DNA of 64,000 nucleotides from Octopus vulgaris (Eukaryota): NCBI GenBank assembly GCA_951406725.2, contig OX597822.1, positions 50,716,001 to 50,780,000 of the forward strand, read 5' to 3'. Shown piece by piece: positions 38,656 to 52,417 of this stretch (position 1 is its first letter; each line of letters starts with the position of its first letter). The notes under the pieces were generated by a model. It saw only the letters and a program-made list of their open reading frames with translations, ran no database searches and was not told where the DNA came from. The position numbers and the translations under genes were made by a program.

Positions 38656-39391
38656 ACAGAGCAAAGCAATTAACAATTGGGTTTTAATACTATAATAGTA
38701 GGACATTGTGTTCGCTTGAGAAGTGGAGATAAATGTTTGAGACATACTGTTTATTAGTGTAAGAAGAAAATCGAATTAGCTCCCACAGAGAAATGCAATT
38801 AATAGTGATGTGAGAGAGAAGTAAATTTGGCCATTAAATAACAGAAAAAATAAAGAACAAATTAACAATGGTTAATAAATTTTTCATTCCGAAAGTTTAT
38901 TCGAAGTATCTTGTGACTGGAGTCAATTTACATAATTCCACCATCATTTACAGCACTTGACTGAATCGAGTAATACAGTGTTACAACTAAATTTTCCACG
39001 AGATCTGTTACATACACTAATTAAAGGGTGAATAAATAGCGCGAATGGAGCTCCAAAACCTAACACCTTGATGCCAGCTGACAGTCTATTAACGATTTCA
39101 TTAACTAAACTCGAAATTTATCAGTTCACAAACATACACATACACATACACACAAACAGGCACACACACATACATACACAGACAACACACACATGTATTC
39201 ATCCAAGTATACCTACACAGATACAAACGTAGATACATGCACATATATGCATACATATATATATAAATATGTATATACAAATGTGTGTTTGTATGTACAT
39301 GCCTATGCATGAATATGTCAATGTAATTGTATGGGAATCAATGTGTGTATCTATACATGTAATGAGCTTCGTATGTATCTTTCTTTTATAG

Positions 39392-39412
39392 AAATCAGGC
39401 TCCAAGACTGTT
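39392..39412 (+). CDS. Candidate 21-nt micro-exon (IRLQDC in phase 1)
   Basis: gtatctttcttttatag|aaatcaggctccaagactgtt|gtaagt; strong sites, symmetric length. Confidence 0.5.
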
Positions 39413-41344
39413 GTAAGTTAAATTATAATTAGTTTAGCTACATAATGATTTAGAAGATTTTATAATCGAAGTAAGAATCAAATCAAAATTATGAAATTAT
39501 TTATCATGTTTTCTAGGATCAAACAAAATGTTTAGGATATATATTTCTAATATATATCTCATTTTTGGTACAACTTACAATTTAGAAACTTTGATAAGTA
39601 AAAAAAAAGAATTGTTATTTTTTCCGACACAATTCCTTGATATCCATCCCCGAAATTGCGGGTATGTTCACGATATTTCTATACACTTGTCTCACTGCCT
39701 TTCACTCTGTCTGCTCTGTCTGTCTGTCTGTCTCCCTCAGTCTTTCTTTGAATCTGCTGCTCTCTCTCTCCCTCCCTTCCTATCTCTCTCTTTCTCTTTC
39801 TCTCTTTCCCTCTCTTTTCGTCCCATTGTTATTCATCTCCTTCTTACCTTCGTCACTGCTTTCAAACAAAAAGCCTTCTGAAATATGCCGAATTGTCGAT
39901 TTTAATTTCAGATAAATTGCTTAATATCTCGAAACGAGAAAAGGAATTAAAATCAATAAACTTTATTGACATTTGTCACTGGAATACCAGGCATTGCAAA
40001 AGAGAGGATTCTTAGAATTTAGACGCTGGCTGACCTCATTTCCTCTTTAGCTATCTTATTTTCTTAACACTCCTCTATCTCTATGCTCAGAATTTTCATT
40101 CACATTTATCAAGGCCAACATCAAGGAATTCCTCTCAACAAGAACTTCGATGGCATCCAATCCCGCTGTCTTCCACAGATTTCATCAACAACATTACCAT
40201 AATAACCAACAATTTTATGTCTTTCTATATATTCCTGTGTGAATATTGTTGTGTGCTTGATGTGGTGTGTGTCTAGCAAAAAGACATTTATTCAAATATT
40301 ATTGAGGAAATGACAGGATATATTTGACATGGAAGAGAGGTTCAATGAAAGCACTCTACCACGGAAATGAAACGTAGAAATATTGAAGCAAAAAAAGATA
40401 AAACGTTTTTGGGAGAGTAGGAGAGATATAAAACAAGCTCCATTAGAACCTGTATTACTAGAACGTCTAAAATGTAGATTGGGTTTATGACAAATGATTC
40501 AGTGCACATAGGTATATATTTTAAGTCGTTATTTAATGAATTACTTATATTTAAGATATCGAAAGAATGACATGGCCATAACAAATAAATGAGATAATTG
40601 AGGTTAAATGGTCAAAGAATTATGCGTTTAACACAGCTCATAGAAATTACGCAAACGGCTGAGCAATTATCGATTTCCAACGGCTCGACGCGCAATTGAG
40701 TTTTATTGATTTGTTGGGTATTTGATGAGAAATAAAATATTTATAGGAGACAATATATTTAATTATCGGCGTTATACATTTATGAATTAAATTTTAGTTA
40801 AGTTCGGATTAAGTATACGTAGTATCATTTTCGAACATATGATTTTATAACAGCATTTTACTCCAATTCTCTGTATTCTTGTGTTTGTTCAGCCAATAAC
40901 ATTTACCTTTCTGAACCTCAATAAAATATTATATAACAAAAATATTTTTTTATACTTAAAGGAGCATAATTTAAGACACCGAGCAAATTAACTAATTTCC
41001 ATTTTTAAATAGAGTACATTGTCAATAGAGCATATATTGTCTATGTAGGTCATAAGGTTTCATCACATTTTCTATAGGAAAAGAGATGTGTGTATGCAAA
41101 TGAAAGGGAGCAGCAAAAATAAGTATCGCAACGAATGAATTATCAATACAAATTGAGGTCATTCTGTAGAGATGATAAAAGAACATTTTATGTAAACTGA
41201 CAAGAATTGCTTCTATTATTAGATGATATTTCGGTTAACACGTTAAAATAATTTCCAGCGCCCCTAAAATACATTTTTTATATATTTTTTTCATAATTAG
41301 GGTTTTCTATTTATTTCAGTGGAATGAAATGGAATATTTCCTTT

Positions 41345-41622
41345 TATTCTTTTACTTGATTCAGTCATTTCACTGCGGCCATGCTAGAACACCGCGTTAA
41401 AGGGTTTTAGTCGGGTAACTCAACCCCGGGTCTTATACTTTGTAAGCCTAGTACTTATTCCATCCATCTGTTTTGCCGAAGCGCTATGTTACGAGGACGT
41501 AAACCACTATCGGTTGTCAAGCGACGGTGAGAGAACAAACACTGACGCACACACACACACACACACATGCACACACATATACAACGGGCTACTTTCAGTT
41601 TACGTCTACCAAATCCCACTCA
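41345..41622 (-). mobile_element. SINE body/3' part (family of 61655-61968)
   Basis: ttcagtcattt-actgcggccatgct...tttgtaagcctagtacttattc...tttcagttt-cgtctaccaaat. Confidence 0.85.
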
Positions 41623-41624
41623 CA

Positions 41625-42540
41625 ACCCACTCTATATGTACAACTAATTATATTCTGGTCTATATTATTATTATCATTGGAATAATTATTTGATTCCTTT
41701 TTGTAAAGCTTATAATGTTACCAACATTATTAGTAGTAGAATAAAAAACTCCAAAATTAATGCTAGAAAAATGTTATTATATTTTTTATTATCTCTAATC
41801 AATATTTCAATTATATTTAAAATCTCTTTGATAAGGAATAATTAACCAAATTTTGTTATTACTAATATTATTAATATTGTTATATTTTTCGATTATTAAA
41901 TTTATTATTATCATAAAATGAATTAAGTTTAATCTTATTTTGCTGTCTATTCTTATATTTATGTTTTGTATTGTCATAATACATAATAATACCATAATGA
42001 CTTAAATTCTTAATTCATAATTCTTAACGTTAGGTGTATTATTATAAAAAAAAATATAGGAATCATTTATATTATAATCTTTTATATTATAATTATATTT
42101 AGAATTAATAAAGAATTTAAAATTATTATTATATACCGCCTCCAGAAGGGCTTCAGTATAATAAGGTGCGTGTTTTTTGTAAAATGTCAGAATTAGAAGT
42201 AAGCGACGATATTCATTTACCTATATTATCTGTCAACGATTACTTAATTGAGGGTGGATGATTACTATTAGCACTAGTATATCTAAGGATTTCATTAATT
42301 TTATGGAATGGTTGTGTTTTATCTGTCATTAAATTAAAGTTAGCATCTAAATAAATAACATTATAGTTCTCATTATATATAGTAATACTTAATCCATATC
42401 TTTTAAAGAAAACTATATTTTCTTCTTATTTAATTCTAGTGGTCTATTGATTTTTAGAATAAAGTTTTTATAGTATATCTTTTCTATATGCTTTGAACTA
42501 CATCCTTCATTATTGAATTAATTAGTAGAGGTTTTTTCTC
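41625..42540 (+). pseudogene. Possible ancient NUMT (nad2/nad5-like), extremely AT-rich
   Basis: Abrupt AT-rich block. Loose mito-code resemblances: SMLLLSL (nad2-like); ttaattgagggtggatga = LIEGGW and ttttcttct = FSS (nad5-like). Not aligned. Confidence 0.35.
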
Positions 42541-42572
42541 TAAATTATATACATACGCACACACACATACGA

Positions 42573-42609
<37 letters not shown>

Positions 42610-43147
42610 TATGTGTGTGTGTGTACGTCTGTTAGGCTCGTGGCCACTAATAATTTCCTTTCATATTTATAAATAATTTCACATGGTTCGTTTGTTTCAA
42701 TAGTGCTCGGGGATTTAAGCAAATTACAGGCTTGTTAGAAGTGAATTTTAGTAGGTGTTTCTAGTGGATTTTGCTAAACAGATCCAAGTGCTTTTGGCGC
42801 CAAATTCGAAATAGTGATATTAGATTAAGTGACTTTCCTTCTACAATCTTATGCAGAGGAAAGGCGCTAATATTATTCATTTAAATCCTTTTCATATCAT
42901 GCCTGTATTAATTCAGTGATTCTTCTGTGACTTAGGAGTATTTTGACACCTATCTTTAGCGAAGCGGTGCTTATATATATATATAAAAACACGCAAGTTT
43001 GCACACGAGAACACGGGATCCCTGCCCTTGGCATACAGCTTCAACCGTGTTTTTCTGACGTGAATTTGCTACCCAGGTATCGGTTAACCGAATTATCCAT
43101 ACTAGGATAATTCATTCACCTTCTTAAATATATATATATATATATAT

Positions 43148-43309
43148 GCGCAGGAGAGGCTGTGTGGTAAGTAGCTTGGTCACCAACCACAAGGTTCCGG
43201 ATTCAGTCCCGTTTCGTGGCACCTTGGGCATGTAGTCTCCTACTCTTGTCACGGGCCAGCAAAAGACTTCTGAGTTGTTTTTGGAGGCAGAAACTGAAAG
43301 AACCCTCTC

Positions 43310-43312
<3 letters not shown>
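43148..43312 (+). mobile_element. tRNA-derived SINE 5' part
   Basis: ggctgtgtggtaagtagctt...ggattcagtccc...ggcaccttgggc matches the head of 61655-61968. Confidence 0.85.
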
Positions 43313-43361
<49 letters not shown>

Positions 43362-43489
43362 CATCCGTGAGTCCAAATACTTAAATGTATGTTAGTTGAA
43401 TGTCTTAAACTGATTTTGCCTTCGTTTGATTTCTGTAGTTTTCATCAGTGTATTTTTGGCGATTTAATAAGAGTTTTGACTGTTATTTC

Positions 43490-43690
43490 TAGTAGGTACA
43501 CAAAGAGAAAAGACAACAACGCGAGGACGTAGAACAAATATAGTATTATTGGACACTCAGGAAGGAAGGGAAGAAGGAGGATTTTACGTTTCGAGTGGAG
43601 CTCTTCGTCAGAAACGTAGGAAAAGGAAAGATCCAGAGAAGGGAAGACGGAGAAAAAAAATCGCCAACGGTACACACGCGGTCGTATGCA
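43490..43690 (-). mobile_element. Short pLTR-like hammerhead element
   Basis: Homologous to 36245-36450. Confidence 0.75.
43581..43615 (-). ncRNA. Minimal type-I hammerhead with canonical core
   Basis: GUUU-CUGACGA-A-GAG(CUCCA)CUC-GAAA-CG-UA-AAAU. Confidence 0.75.
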
Positions 43691-44452
43691 TGTATGTATA
43701 TGTGTGTGTGTGTGTGTTTTATGACTGCATATATAGGTAATGGAGTAATGGATAGCAGCACGTGTTAAGACATTCGGTTAAATCAGTGGAAAAAGAAGCA
43801 CTCAATCTAATTTTATTATTCCTTATTCTTATGTACACAGCTGGTGCTGTTCACTTACAATATTCCACTTTTTAGATAGCCCCAATATTTTCTAGTCTCT
43901 CTAAATGTATTTCTTCTAACACCTCTAATACTACAGTTCGCTTTTTTAAAAATACCTCTATAGCCTTTTCTAGTATTTGAAACCGTGTCTTCGTCTTGGT
44001 ACAATACTTAATTTATCAGATAGAACTTCAGGAAAAAATATTTAATTATTTTAATTCGTCTGACGATTCATTTTTGCTGGAAAAAAATATCACTTACAAT
44101 TTTACAGAAAAGACTTATGGGGAGGACCCATAAAGGAAGCAATTCCAGTCAGTAGCGAACAATTTTGTTGTATTATTTAACACAGACACTTTATCCTTGG
44201 AGGATTTTTTTACGAATTGTCATGTTAACGAATTGTTATGTTACTTATCAATTCGCCCTTAAAATATACATGACGAACTACTATTGCCACTACACGGGAC
44301 TCAACGTTCTATATAAAAGCTTACTATGAGCTGCTACCAAAATAGACTGCCAATCACTCACAGTTATTTACTTCATAATAATGAACCAGTTAAGCTTTTA
44401 GTCACTGGAAAGGTGGTCGGAACCCTTCCACAACATATACATACATACATAC

Positions 44453-44505
<53 letters not shown>

Positions 44506-45149
44506 TCGTTTTGGGATTTGGTTTGCAAGATTCTTTATAAGAGTTCGTGTGTTGTAGCATATTCTGTTGTGTCTGTGGAGAGGCATTTTGTTTTTGTGCC
44601 TTATAATGTAACACACTCACCGGTAAAATTTCCAATTATTTCTTATTTTATTTTCCTAAAATTGTCGTTGCCTCTTGCAACCTTTTCAATAGTCTTGACT
44701 CTGTCCGTTCTATACACTGCGTTTCTTTTTGTTTGTTTGTGCGCATGTGTGTGTGTGCCTATTCAGGCATGCAAGTACTTATATATGTGTGTATGTATGC
44801 ATGTGTATGTATGTATATATGTGTGTGTGTGCATCTGCATGTATGTATCATGTATATTCATGTGCTTATATGTCCGTGTTTGTGTATTTCTATGTGTGTG
44901 TGTGTGAGCGTTGTTTTAATATGTATGCACCTCTGTCTCCTTGTGTGTGCATGTGTGTGTGTTATGCAACTATGTACCATTTTTCTATGTATAGATGTGC
45001 ATCTCTATATGTGTGGATCTGTGTCTCCATATGTGTCCTAGTGTAGAGTAAAGTGTGTGTGTATACATGATCATGTGTGTCAGTCTCCATTTGCGTATGT
45101 GTGCTTGTCTCTTCTTATGACCTGTGTACCTGTCCGTCTGTATGTTGAT

Positions 45150-45870
45150 CTGTTTAACTGCAGCATATAATCTTTGAAATTTGTATCATTTATTCCTGTT
45201 TTCCGAAGTACGACAATGGAGTTGCAAGTAGAAACCAACAGCATGTTTGACACCTTCGTATCTTCTTATTCAGTCATTGTTCCAAAACTAACAAAGTCAG
45301 TCGAAGCATTTCTGATGCATACCAAAGAAATGTCTATAACTCACAGACCTACACAGGAAATGTATTAATGCATTAAGGAGAAAATTTAACGTCGCACGCT
45401 CCTCGGGTTCAGTTCAATGAGAATCGATTCAAGCATCCCATGGACAACTATCCTAATAAAATCGCTAGGGAATTACCCACGAAAATGGAATGATAGCAGC
45501 GCCGACGCCTTCTGTAGGTGGATGAGGTCCCTAACCTCAGACATGCAGCTGAAACGACTCGACCGACAATGTGGCCAGCTTCTTCATTATGATAACTCTC
45601 TTCTCCACGTCGCTAATTTGAGCACAAATGCTATTCAAGAGTTCGGTTCAGGAGTTCTATCGTACCCACTGCACTGTAGTATCCTGATATAGCGCCTCCA
45701 GATTAAGACCTTTTCGCTCGTTCTGCATGAGTCGGCGAGGTGTTCTGTTGAAGAACAACGTGAAGATAGGAAGTGGATCAATGCTTTCATCGTGTCAAAA
45801 CACGATAATTTTTACTGTGAAGCTGTTGACAAGCTAATGTAACAGTAGAAAGCATTTGAAAACCCAATAT
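45150..45870 (+). mobile_element. Mariner transposase relic (DD34D region)
   Basis: LLHYDNSLLHVA..QEFGSGVLSYPLHCS followed by an APPD-like motif; corresponds to HDNAxPH...YSPDLAPSD. Confidence 0.75.
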
Positions 45871-46274
45871 GTATACACACATTTATGTATGTAAGTAGTT
45901 ACATGTGTTGTTGGTTTCAAAACGCTTTCTGCTTCAAGCAGATCGAACTACCATATAAAAATATATTTCATAAATTACAATCAAAAGTTATTTATAAAAG
46001 TAACAGTTTCCTCATGAAAGTATAATTGTACCGAAAATGTTTCTTTTGCATTTCTACTACGTATTGATGTATTGCAAAAATATGATAGACTCTCATGGAG
46101 CAATTTGGTGATTATTATACAAAACGTTATGTAATGAGACTAGGCTAATGAGAATTCAGACAGTCTTTTTTATTTCAGATAACAAATTCTATGTATTTGG
46201 TTATATGATTATCGTAGTAATGTGTATGTTCGAGTTGGAATAACGATTCTTTTCGAAACATTTTTGTCTTACAG

Positions 46275-46330
46275 GAATACTTCAAAAATAAACCTAAATA
46301 TTTGACCTGCTATAAGAGGAACCATGATTT
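46275..46330 (+). CDS. Candidate 56-nt exon (EYFKNKPKYLTCYKRNHD, phase 0-2)
   Basis: tttttgtcttacag|gaatac...catgattt|gtatgt. Confidence 0.5.
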
Positions 46331-46684
46331 GTATGTTTTGACCTATAAACACACGATTATTATTTAACGTGTATATCTTGTGAATGGATGCGAGATCTTG
46401 CTTTTTAACAATTGTTCTATGTTGTGTATGGCTAAACAGCTATTTAAATTTGTAACGTAATAAAGATAGTGAGCCTTTCAAAGCTTCTTATGTAAATGAA
46501 AGTAAATAATTAGTATAAAAAGTTTCTTTTGAATTCACACAAACAAATATCCATGGTGTTAACATCTGCGATATTTTCTCATGTATTTTCTCGATATCAT
46601 GTTAACTAAAGGTAGAATGTGTGTTATGTAATTCTTCTTTTAATACTTGTTTTTGGTTTAATGTGTATAAGGTGTCTTTTGCAG

Positions 46685-46708
46685 AATGTATCAAGAAGCA
46701 AAACAATA
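46685..46708 (+). CDS. Candidate 24-nt micro-exon (MYQEAKQ, phase 2-2)
   Basis: gtcttttgcag|aatgtatcaagaagcaaaacaata|gtatgt; in frame with both neighbours. Confidence 0.5.
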
Positions 46709-47493
46709 GTATGTTTCCACGATTATAGCGGCAGTTTAAAATACTTTACTGATTAATGCCGACGATAGTATGGTAGTGCAAAGTAAAGCATCAAATGCTA
46801 TACAAAATTGATAAATGTTACTTCGACGTTTTATGTCAAAAACCTAGCCAAAAGCTTTTTCATGTGTTTTGATGATTTCCACAAATGTGTTTCAAAGTGT
46901 TTTCATTTTCCTTCAATCATTTTCTGCTCACTAAATAACGTAATTTTCCTACTGTAAATACTATAAAAATACTGTTGTTTAAGAGAACTGTTCACTTCAA
47001 AAAGTCTGCAATCAATATCATTGCTATTGTTTCACACTCCACATCTGTTGATTTCTCATTGCATCGTCTATTATAGATTCTATAGTTCTATAGCTTTTAG
47101 CTTTTGTGAATGTCTCCAAATATTTGTTATTCACTATAAACATGCAATTTATGTATGAGATTGTATCATACCTATTTCGAATACCTATTTGTGTTTATAT
47201 TTTCATAAAACATTCTCTAAATGATAAATTTGTTTTCACTGAATAGCTCTTAGTTTATTGCGTATAAAGTAGGGGTACAAATGTAAAAGCGATGTCGTAT
47301 TTCTAGAGCCATTTTACGAAATTTTACCAACCTCGAAGAGAATCAGAATTATTTTGGGAACATAATATTTAATATATAATCAATACAATATGAAAGGCAT
47401 TGCGTTGGCTGTACCGCTAGTTCGAACAAATATTTTGTGCTATCGTGTTACTTTAATTTCTGAATTTACATATTACTGATATTGACGTTGCAG

Positions 47494-47521
47494 CCTAAAA
47501 TACCTCACAAACGTCGGGTAA
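47494..47521 (+). CDS. Candidate exon LKYLTNVG* (terminal), or a 24-nt internal exon ending at 47517
   Basis: actgatattgacgttgcag|cctaaaatacctcacaaacgtcgg(gtaata); AATAAA at 47711. Confidence 0.45.
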
Positions 47522-49621
47522 TACGACACATCTACTGAAATAATTCGCTCGTCACCCGGCCCGACTCCAAGAAGAGCATTGACACAGCATAAGACACCCA
47601 TACACACAACGATGAATACAGACTCCTTGGAAATAGATGAATCAACTATTAAAGAGGCGTCTAATATACAACTGACATTCATATCTACGTTATTCACATT
47701 GATATTAAGCAATAAAGGAAATTGTGTAGGACTATACAAATGCCTACTGATAATTAGCTAATATCCATATGATTTACATATAAATCTGCCTGGTGAGCCT
47801 TCCTAAAACCAGGTAAGTTATTATCAATGACATATGAGAATATAACATCGAGTACAGACTTCCCTAAAGTTCGTTGGTCGAACATTATGCAACAAATTAT
47901 TACTGTACTTTAATGCTTAGTACACTGGTTTCGTATAGAATATTAAATCGTTCTAGCCGGTATAGTTGCAATGCGTCATATTGTAATAGTTTGCTTTGTA
48001 TTCATACTGTGATTAATATATTATGTTTATTATTTTCATTCTTGTGTTCTTATTTATGTGAGGTGTGTGATGATGGGGCCTCGCACAAGTCTGTTGCTAT
48101 CATACTTAAGGAATTAATTATGTGCACTACATGTTTAGCCTACCTTCTGGAAGTTTAATATTGTACGTGTGTGGTAAATATATAATTGCAATGTTGTTTA
48201 TTTACATATCAAATATATCTACTTATATCTATATTCTAATACTGCTATCACATCAGGTTTCAACGACTCTTTCCTCTACATACGAGCCATTTCCTCTTCC
48301 TAGTGTCATAGCGTCCTTAAACCCCGTTTACGAGAAATAGACGCGTTATGCTGCTTACTAGTTTTACAGTTGTGGATGGATTTTATTAAGGCTCAATTTG
48401 CTATCGATTGTAAGATTTCTCTAAATGATATTAGTTTTTTTTTATTTTTCTACTATAGAAGTTGTAGTTGTCCGTTCTATTTAATGTTTCCAAAACGTTG
48501 GCTCGCTGAATCTGAGACTTCAGCCTAAACGAGTATTACATCCTATTCTTTATTACTCTTTGTATTTTTATCCATATCAGAACGTCCTTAAATATTGGGA
48601 TTAGAAAGTGCAAATTGTATTATTGTATACCCAATTGTTACGAATTATCTGTTCCAAGGACTTCACCTATATAGGAGAAGATAAAAGTGATTAGGAAATC
48701 TAGTAAACTTGGCGTGAAAAATTCACCGATATACTCACTATGCGGCAAGGGAATTCAGACACAGGATTCATCCACTGCAAGCAATCTTTACTATCCAATC
48801 AAAGAAAAATGTTAAAATATATGGTCAATGACGATCTAAATAAAACAATTCTCATATAAAAAGAGGTTGGTATTTACTACATGCACTATTTTTAGGTCGT
48901 CTTATTCAGAGTAAGCCATTGTTCATCATGAATGCCTGGTGGAAGAAATATGACATGTGCTCTACATTGCTTTTAAAATTCTCGTTCATTTTTTTTGGTT
49001 TCTTCTTCTGCTTTCATTTCAACTATTTCTGCATTTTTATCTACACTACAGAAATATATTACCATAGTTACAGACATACGTTTAGTACATTGTGAGCTGC
49101 CAAAAAAACAGATTTAAGATTTTCATTTCGTCTCTATCTATGTCGACTTTGAATGAGTAATCCTTCTGTATATATATTTTAACATTGAATTTGAATATGT
49201 GGTTCTTCGGTTTCTATTGTATGATGGTGCCAACCATATGTTTAATCATACATTTAACCAAACTATGCTCAATGGGTATTAATGGGTTAACTTTATCGTT
49301 TTAATACTCAGTTTTAATGCAGTGAATTTGAGTTCATATTACAATCAATCTCATTCGCGTCTGATACGGTAACATTTGTCTGGATCGTGATTAAGTAGTC
49401 ATTATTGCATGAGATTTAATAGTATCTACAAGTCGTTACCATCATCATCGTAAGATATTATTCACACTAATCAACTACCTGCGCTAATCTTTAGAAACAT
49501 CAACACAGATGCATATATGCATATATTCTAAAATATACGCCAGACACTTTACTAAGATATTGATAATTTCAAAATATTGGCCACTATCAGTTACCATACA
49601 ATGTGTACAAATATATTATAT

Positions 49622-49692
<71 letters not shown>

Positions 49693-49950
49693 GTAAAACA
49701 ATTAAGATTCAAGTGAGTTCCAATGAATTCACATGAATGCGGTACTTAACTTAGATGCACTAGAAATCTTTATGGTATTAACCATAAAATAATATGGGGT
49801 GATTATAAACAAGAAAAAAAGCTAACAAACTTTTTTAAAAACCTTTTATAAAACTGTGCATCATTAGAGAACATTTTAAGTCTGCTTACAATCTAATTTT
49901 GCTTTTCATAGAACTCTCTTCGATAGTATGTTTGGAAAACTTATATATAT

Positions 49951-50039
49951 TTTGGCTGATGAATACGGGACGTTTGTATTTGCTGCAATATTTGCAGCTT
50001 TTAATAAATCTGTTCTTCGTATGAAACAATTGTACTGAA
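49951..50039 (+). ncRNA. Type-I hammerhead with canonical core and long stem II
   Basis: UUUGG-CUGAUGA-AUACG...GCUGCAA(UAU)UUGCAGC...CGUAU-GAAA-CAAUUG-UA-CUGAA; palindromic helix III; (TA)n begins ~35 nt downstream. Confidence 0.8.
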
Positions 50040-50083
50040 CGACTAATCCGTTCTTGTTGCTTTTTTCTTGTTGTATATATATG

Positions 50084-50192
<109 letters not shown>

Positions 50193-51530
50193 TTAATTTA
50201 TATGGGATCTAGCCCATTTCACTTACAAAATCTGCATTTTTAAAAGGAAGTAAAAATTTTGAAAATCGATACTTTATGTGTTATGCAGTATAGGAGTTGG
50301 ATGCTAAAGTATAAACTTCACAGGATGCAACCTTAAATTTGACACTGATACAATATAGAAAATTTCTGTCTTATAAAAATAGGTGTTTTTTTTTTTCTTT
50401 TCGATTTTTAAACTTCTGTAACATTTCCGTCCATATTTTTTTCTCTAGAAGTTCATGGCATCACAAGAATATGCACGGAAAGCTGCATCAATATAACCAA
50501 TTATCAGATTTTTTATTTCCTTTTAAAACATGCAGATTCTGTGAATGAAACGAAATATTTCCTCGATAGACAACACGCTGATCTCATTAGTGTCGTGTGG
50601 TGGAAATAAGCGCAATTACCAAACTTTCACTCATAAGACCATTATATATTATTTTTTTGGCATTTCTGGTTTTAACTTTGTACCACCAATTGCGTATAAG
50701 AGCATATGTAAATCGACGTCCTTTCTTTTTTAATCATTATCTGTTGATATCAGAATAAGTAGTATATTGAAAAAATATATATATTGTGTGTGTCATTTGT
50801 GACTCCAAGGGTCAAAAGAGGGTGTTTGACCAAAATGAGATGAGAACCTTTGGTCTACTGTAAGTAATTTTCTCCTTGACAAAATACAGTGTCAAGATCT
50901 CTTACACAAGATCTTTGTATTGATACACATCATTGCTTAGCGCTTCTATTCGGTGTTATAGTTACCTCGAGTCAATGGTCGGTATTATAATTACGTCGAG
51001 TGACCGAGTAGCGCAACCAAGTACAGTAGGCTGAAAGTAACTAAACTTATACCTACATCTTGTCAATTCGCAGCGTTCCCGTTTCTTTGAGGATCAAGAG
51101 GAGATAACCACTTCGAGATAAATGCATCCATAAATCTGGGTAGACGGCTCTTCGAATTAACAAAGTGTGCGTATACCTGTTTCTCTACAGCGAGAAATTT
51201 TGTCGATGACAAAATACAGTGATTTGTTTTCTTAGGATTGCGAATATTGTTCAAACATATTGAAAATTCTGTTCAGTTCGATTTTTTAATTGCCCACAAG
51301 AGGCCAACAAAGAGGGAACAAACAAAACAATCGGGGACAATTAACATATGAAGAAAGAATGAAATAGATGTTTAAAGTGAGCATGAAACGGCTACCCCGT
51401 CCCCACCCCGGGATGGTTAGAAATCCGAATGTTTCTACAACTGTTCTTTTAACTTCCGTGACTTTGTAACTCTTTCTATATCAACTATATGAATTATTAA
51501 CCTAATCGTCCATACACACATTGAACGTGC

Positions 51531-51625
<95 letters not shown>

Positions 51626-51635
51626 GTATATATAC

Positions 51636-51681
51636 AAAATTGTTACTCAGAATTTCACGTTTCCGCTCGTCGGACAGTTTT
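51636..51681 (-). ncRNA. Type-I hammerhead with U4C core variant, directly abutting (TA)n
   Basis: AAAACUGU-CCGACGA-GCG(GAAA)CGU-GAAA-UUCUGAG-UA-ACAAUUUU; 7 of 8 bp in stem I. Confidence 0.7.
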
Positions 51682-52384
51682 GATGAAAATGGAACAAAAT
51701 GTAAAATTACGTTGAAAGATACACATTGGAAATTGGTTTCTTTTCATTGGTCCTTTTCAACGAACGGTCATTTCATTAACCAGTTATATATTATTAAAAA
51801 ACAATACATATTCTTAATTTTATAGGTTTAATTCCTATTCTAATTAACAGTGTAAGAAAAAGAGTACTGAATATTAATAATTTTTTAAACATAACAAAGA
51901 AGTAATATTGTGTGAGATGAAATAAATGAAAACTGAAGTTTCCCCTTCTTTTTACAAACATCATAATGATATCGAACGCACTTGATTGCCCTATCTGCTC
52001 TCTGATTTATTCTGGAAATTTCCAGTTCCGATGTTTCTCTACTCCAAAATATTTTTTACACAATTTAATGCCATTTTTATGGACTTACAAGCTACCATAT
52101 AACGTCTGATAATCACGTGCATTGAACATTTGGTCAGTAATCAAAAACTCTGCCCAGCTGTAAGAGATGAATCGACAAACATTGAGAAGAAAAACTCTTT
52201 TCTCTGATAGAAGGAAATTGTTTACTTCCAAAAAAAATCAAGACGTCGGAACCCTAATATATACATACATACACAGAACATGCAATCATCGGTACATGTT
52301 TACATACATATTCAAGCACTACCATATAAACATGGAGTATATAGGAAACCAATGTGATGTATATATACCAATGAATACATACAC

Positions 52385-52417
<33 letters not shown>

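Noticed and set aside
40050-40800. Possible further Penelope RT/EN relics
   Set aside because: Only isolated words such as SFDI; too degraded to support a call
46179-46223. 45-nt version of the exon at 46179
   Set aside because: Leaves a 51-nt intron and creates TGA on joining 46275; the 14-nt version keeps the frame
50845-50866. Strong donor gtaagt
   Set aside because: No credible acceptor; lies at the end of a probable DNA-transposon fragment
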